In this document: positions 1-2,200 of the stretch, piece by piece
Numbering within the stretch: position 1 is the stretch's first letter
Layout: every line of letters starts with the position of its first letter
NCBI GenBank assembly: GCA_000004985.1
Contig: GG739280.1
From: Naegleria gruberi
Lineage: Eukaryota
Strand: one strand, 5' to 3'
DNA: 2,200 nt
Made by a program: the position numbers and the translations under genes
Notes under the pieces: generated by a model
What the model was told of the DNA's origin: nothing
Databases searched by the model: none
The model's input: only the letters and a program-made list of their open reading frames with translations

Positions 1-14
1 TCATTACTATAGTA

Positions 15-28
15 AATAGATATCTATT
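15..28. repeat. Perfect 14 bp palindrome aatagatatctatt, centred on an EcoRV site (GATATC).
   Basis: The reverse complement of 15..28 equals itself. It lies in AT-rich flank DNA, so chance occurrence is plausible. Confidence 0.4.
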
Positions 29-51
29 GGTTATAAGGGCGAAGCGTTGGG

Positions 52-72
52 TTTTTTTTTAAAGTTTTTTTA
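52..72. repeat. Homopolymer T tracts, T9 at 52..60 and T7 at 65..71, separated by aaag.
   Basis: Direct reading of the sequence. On the minus strand these are poly-A runs. Confidence 0.5.
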
Positions 73-172
73 TGATACTTTTTAATTGTACAGAAAAAAG
101 GCGCCAAATTTCAATGCCAATTTTGTAGGTTGCCATAAATCCAATAAAATTCATGGAATTAAAGAAATTAGT

Positions 173-258
173 GTGGCCGGAAAGATTTCTGGCTGGGGTA
201 TTCTAGGAAAGAGTTTCTTAAAGAAATCTTTCCTGGAAAATCCAGTAAGCAACATAAA
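173..258. repeat. Left arm of a long imperfect inverted repeat. It pairs with 1495..1580.
   Basis: The reverse complement of 1501..1580 was aligned by hand against 173..252 and gave about 60 of 80 identities. The shared blocks are gtNgccggaaagattt, aggaaagagtttc and tttcctggaaaNtcca. The arm is built from GGAAAGA(T/G)TTTC units: 177..190, 204..217, and an inverted copy at 222..235. Confidence 0.65.
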
Positions 259-281
259 AATGGAAGCAATGCTTCCTTAAT

Positions 282-325
282 AGTTTTGAGTCCGAAGCTA
301 ATTGCACAGTTTTGAGCCTCAAAGA
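282..325. repeat. Short imperfect direct repeat with a 27 bp period.
   Basis: agttttgagtccgaag at 282..297 and agttttgagcctcaaag at 309..325. Confidence 0.35.
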
Positions 326-447
326 CATCAAAAGAATATTCACAGCAAACTCAACAAAGAAGTACCTTGCATTCATAAAAAATATCAATTTTATGAGTAG
401 CTTATTTTCGGAGTGGTTCTTCATCTTCCCACTCCAAGAATTGAACC

Positions 448-1182
448 TCATCATCTATACATCATCAATATAATAGTAATAATAGTAGTTTTATGTGGAA
501 GTTTATCGTTATGGAATTAGATAGTAATTTTGATATTGGAAAAATTCAAGTTGGTGAATCATCATCAGAACACACACCAACCATCATCATTAATTTTTAC
601 CATCATTATAACAATAGTATTTGTAGACTTTAATTTGAGAATAGTATTATTTTGACAAAAGTTAATTTTTCACTAAATTGGCCAATATCTTCCGATGTAC
701 TGGACCATTATCAGAAATTCAAATGTGGGATTATTTGTAATAGTATATAGCAATACATATTCGAGTTTCATAGATTGGAATTTTGTTTTCATCAAGATAG
801 GTACATGTATATATTCAAAATAACATTGACCATATTTCAACATGTACTTCATCATCAACCAAACTTTCTTCGAATAGTACCATTCAAATACATCATCAAC
901 AACACTCCGAATAGTTTTTGGATATTTGGAGTTTTCACCTTGTTGGTGGTGTATTCATCATTCACCATATATTTTCATCATGATGATTGAATTTCAACAA
1001 CATAGTATCATTAGTAGGGATGTCTAATATCACCATCAAGAGAGTTGGAATTTTTCCACTTAGTATTCATAGAGTTGTGGAATTTTCACTTCATCATATC
1101 TTTTATCATCAATATCATCAGCAAGTCCACTTCCGATCATTAAGGTAAATATCTTAATGGTCATCATCATCATACCATCAAT
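448..1182. repeat. Cryptic, degenerate (CAT/ATC)n trinucleotide-rich low-complexity zone.
   Basis: Counted by eye, catcat/atcatc occurs more than 15 times on the plus strand. Examples are 449..454, 460..465, 560..567, 582..590, 601..606, 850..857, 891..898, 956..961, 977..982, 1092..1097, 1105..1110, 1115..1120 and 1162..1173 (catcatcatcat). At this base composition a specific 6-mer is expected about 0.25 times per 730 bp. The zone includes the 12 bp palindrome tcatcatgatga near 976..987. Confidence 0.6.
1041..1098. repeat. Imperfect tandem duplication of about 30 bp.
   Basis: Copy 1 is 1041..1070 agagttggaatttttccacttagtattcat. Copy 2 is 1071..1098 agagttgtggaattttcacttcatcat. The shared core is agagttg(t)ggaatttt(t)c(c)actt. 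Confidence 0.5.
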
Positions 1183-1251
1183 AAAATTCACTAATGGTGA
1201 ATTTTCCAACAAGGTAAATTTCAAGGTCGTAAATCTTGCTGATTTTCCACC
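1047..1251. repeat. Dispersed copies of the motif G(A)ATTTTCCA(C), all in the same orientation. They look like subterminal repeats.
   Basis: ggaatttttccact at 1047..1060, ggaattttcact at 1079..1090, gtgaattttccaac at 1197..1210 and gattttccacc at 1241..1251. Related sequence occurs in both terminal arms: ggaatttccagg at 1510..1521, and 231..245 (rc ctggattttccagga). Confidence 0.4.
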
Positions 1252-1494
1252 TTGAATTATTTCAATAATTAAATAAAATTATATTTTTATTATTAGCATT
1301 GTGTTTTCTTGTAGCAACATCTGTTTTATGTATTCTCCACTTGATTTCATCAAATAAAATAGTAAATTAGTACATGATGTCTTTTCCTAATATCATTGGT
1401 TTGCTTCAGAACAAAAAATTACAAATTAAGGTGGATTCTTCACATACAGTCACTTTTGCCATTATGGTAATAAAACAACTCAAATAAGGATGAA

Positions 1495-1580
1495 TCAATA
1501 TTGTTTACTGGAATTTCCAGGAAACATTTTTCAGCGAAACTCTTTCCTGGAAAGACCAGAGGAAAAATCTTTCCGGCTAC
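1495..1580. repeat. Right arm of the inverted repeat, the partner of 173..258.
   Basis: See the left arm. This arm also contains an internal inverted pair, tttccaggaaa (1514..1524) and tttcctggaaa (1544..1554), which are exact reverse complements of each other. They can form an 11 bp stem with a loop of about 19 nt. Confidence 0.65.
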
Positions 1581-1675
1581 AATTGCATGTTCTGTTTGTT
1601 CACAATCTCCCTAATATTTGTGTTTAACAGTTCAATATATGAAAAATGTTGATTAATCAAAATAGGAATAGTACT

Positions 1676-1681
1676 ACTTAC
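1676..1681 (-). other. 5' splice donor (GAT|GTAAGT) that ends exon 1. The intron extends toward lower coordinates and its acceptor was not identified in the window.
   Basis: Plus-strand acttac at 1676..1681 is GTAAGT on the minus strand. It sits directly after the codon for D47, at the point where homology to OYE proteins stops. Confidence 0.55.
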
Positions 1682-1822
1682 ATCCACTGCTCTGCAACGA
1701 GTGAGTGGAGCCATCACAATACGATGGGACAAAGTAATTCTCTGAGTGGCTGGAATTTTGTCAGTTCCTAATGTGAGTGGTGTGAAAAGTTTTCTTGTTG
1801 TTGATTCGAAAGTGGCAGACAT
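1682..1822 (-). CDS. First coding exon (47 codons, starts at ATG, ends in phase 0 at a GTAAGT donor) of an Old Yellow Enzyme / 12-oxophytodienoate reductase family NADH:flavin oxidoreductase. The gene is partial, with the rest outside or undetected in the window.
   Basis: Reverse-complement translation gives MSATFESTTRKLFTPLTLGTDKIPATQRITLSHRIVMAPLTRCRAVD. The block LSHRIVMAPLTRCRA plus the upstream LFTPLxLG matches the OYE/OPR N-terminal beta-hairpin (compare plant OPR '[26 protein letters not shown]' and yeast OYE1 '[26 protein letters not shown]', both recalled from memory). The frame is immediately followed by GTAAGT on the minus strand (plus 1676..1681 = acttac). Past that point the translation loses all OYE similarity and becomes AT-rich low complexity. 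The start codon lies in an aaaATG context. Confidence 0.65.
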
Positions 1823-2060
1823 TTTGATTTTTTCAAGTCAGAAAAGTATTGGAACATGAAGCGAATTTAAAGACAATATATTGAGGTAGGAATAATTTGG
1901 ATAAGGTTTGGATATTGAGTAGTGATTTTCTTGGATGTCTTTGTAGAAAGTACGTACGAATGGTCTTGAGAACGGTCTAATATTAGTGCATCTTTAAAGT
2001 ATTGATAAATTCTCAGTCGAAGTTATATTCTTGGATGTTAATAATGCCCATTTTCCAATT
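1823..2060 (-). promoter_or_regulatory. Putative 5' UTR and proximal promoter of the minus-strand OYE-family gene. It contains a cluster of TTGGAT(A/G) motifs and a TACGTA palindrome.
   Basis: The region lies immediately upstream (in minus-strand sense) of the ATG at 1822. TTGGAT occurs at 1897..1902, 1908..1913, 1931..1936 and 2031..2036, all in the same orientation. The exact 11-mer ttcttggatgt occurs at 1928..1938 and 2028..2038. GTACGTAC is at 1950..1957. No TSS or TATA box could be assigned with confidence. Confidence 0.3.
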
Positions 2061-2200
2061 TTAATTCTAATAACAACGAAAACCCCAAGAAAACAAACAA
2101 AAACTTTAAATTCTAAACGAAAGTCTTCTTTCAACTTTATCAAGGTTAACAATAACTGCACCCACATGAGCTTGATAACTACAGTTTGTATTCTTTTTTA

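Larger units (their letters stand above)
173..1580. mobile_element. Putative non-autonomous TIR/foldback-type DNA transposon (MITE-like, about 1.4 kb). It lies inside the presumed first intron of the OYE-family gene.
   Basis: Inverted repeats of 80-85 bp flank a non-coding, low-complexity interior. The arms have a compound sub-repeat structure. Interior subterminal-like repeats of GAATTTTCCA resemble the arm sequence ggaatttccagg. No transposase ORF and no clear target-site duplication were seen. The flanks are ...aattagtg|tggccgg and ccggctac|aattgc.... Confidence 0.35.

Noticed and set aside
38-60. GC-rich gggcgaagcgttggg followed by T9 looked like a rho-independent terminator.
   Set aside because: The GC segment is not self-complementary, so no stem forms. 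The locus is eukaryotic and intron-bearing, so intrinsic terminators are not expected.
86-280. Plus-strand 64-aa ORF (MYRKKAPNFNANFVG...).
   Set aside because: No recognisable domain. It overlaps the left inverted-repeat arm and has no splice or start context. Its length is what chance gives in AT-rich DNA.
218-454. Minus-strand 78-aa ORF (MMRFNSWSGKMKNHSENK...).
   Set aside because: Low complexity, no family resemblance, and it spans the repeat arm and the interior. I translated it while looking for OYE exon 2 and it does not match the expected downstream OYE motifs (NxPxxLxxEYYxQR, GLIITE).
673-990. Overlapping ORFs, minus 673..858 and plus 775..990. Possible transposase remnant or exon.
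   Set aside because: Both lie in the CAT-rich low-complexity zone. The HH/MM runs simply reflect the catcat repeat. No DDE or other catalytic signature was recognised.
1142-1219. Two plus-strand AAG|GTAAAT donor-like sites (1142..1150 and 1211..1219), and a tttttcag acceptor-like site near 1527..1534, might indicate a plus-strand gene.
   Set aside because: There is no flanking open reading frame with coding character on the plus strand. In 68% AT DNA such hexamers occur by chance, and the acceptor-like site lies inside the repeat arm.
1-1675. Search for OYE exon 2 on the minus strand (acceptor followed by ...EYYxQRA.../GLIITE motifs).
   Set aside because: I translated candidate acceptor-proximal segments. 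These were the rc of 1315..1330, 1405..1500, 1585..1600 and 1..170. None gave OYE-like sequence. Exon 2 is probably outside the window, below coordinate 1, or I missed it. This is a stated limitation, not evidence of absence.
1577-1681. The 3' part of the 81-aa minus-strand ORF (...VSSTIPILINQHFSYIELLNTNIREIVNKQNMQL) could be continued coding sequence.
   Set aside because: Similarity to OYE proteins stops exactly at the GTAAGT donor. The continuation is AT-rich and low-complexity, and it runs into the right arm of the inverted repeat. It is read-through of an intron.

Overview
This is an AT-rich (about 68% A+T), intron-bearing eukaryotic locus. It could be a nematode or a plant; I cannot tell which. 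No long ORF is present.

The best-supported feature is a short minus-strand coding exon (1682..1822, 47 codons). Its translation, MSATFESTTRKLFTPLTLGTDKIPATQRITLSHRIVMAPLTRCRAVD, carries the N-terminal beta-hairpin signature of the Old Yellow Enzyme / 12-oxophytodienoate reductase (OYE/OPR) family of FMN-dependent NADH:flavin oxidoreductases (LF-P-x-x-G ... L-S-H-R-[IV]-V-[ML]-A-P-[LM]-T-R-C-R-A). The reading frame ends exactly on a consensus GTAAGT 5' splice site (rc of 1676..1681). The ATG sits in an AAAA-ATG context. Everything at lower coordinates on the minus strand is therefore most likely intron 1, and 1823..2200 is the 5' flank/promoter of this leftward-transcribed gene. I could not find exon 2 inside the window.

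Within the presumed intron there is an imperfect inverted repeat of about 80-85 bp, 173..258 versus 1495..1580, at about 75% identity. It brackets a 1.4 kb segment with no coding capacity. Each arm is tiled by a near-palindromic unit GGAAAGA(N)TTTC/TTCC(T/A)GGAA, so each arm can fold back on itself. I read this as a non-autonomous TIR/foldback-type DNA transposon (MITE-like) inserted in intron 1. A plain long-range intronic inverted repeat is the alternative.

The interior of the element has three notable features:
- a roughly 730 bp zone heavily enriched in a cryptic (CAT/ATC)n trinucleotide motif;
- a 30 bp tandem duplication at 1041..1098;
- four copies of a GAATTTTCCA motif that also occurs in the terminal arms, which looks like subterminal repeats.

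The promoter side carries four same-orientation TTGGAT(A/G) motifs, including an exact 11-mer repeated exactly 100 bp apart, and a TACGTA/GTACGTAC palindrome.
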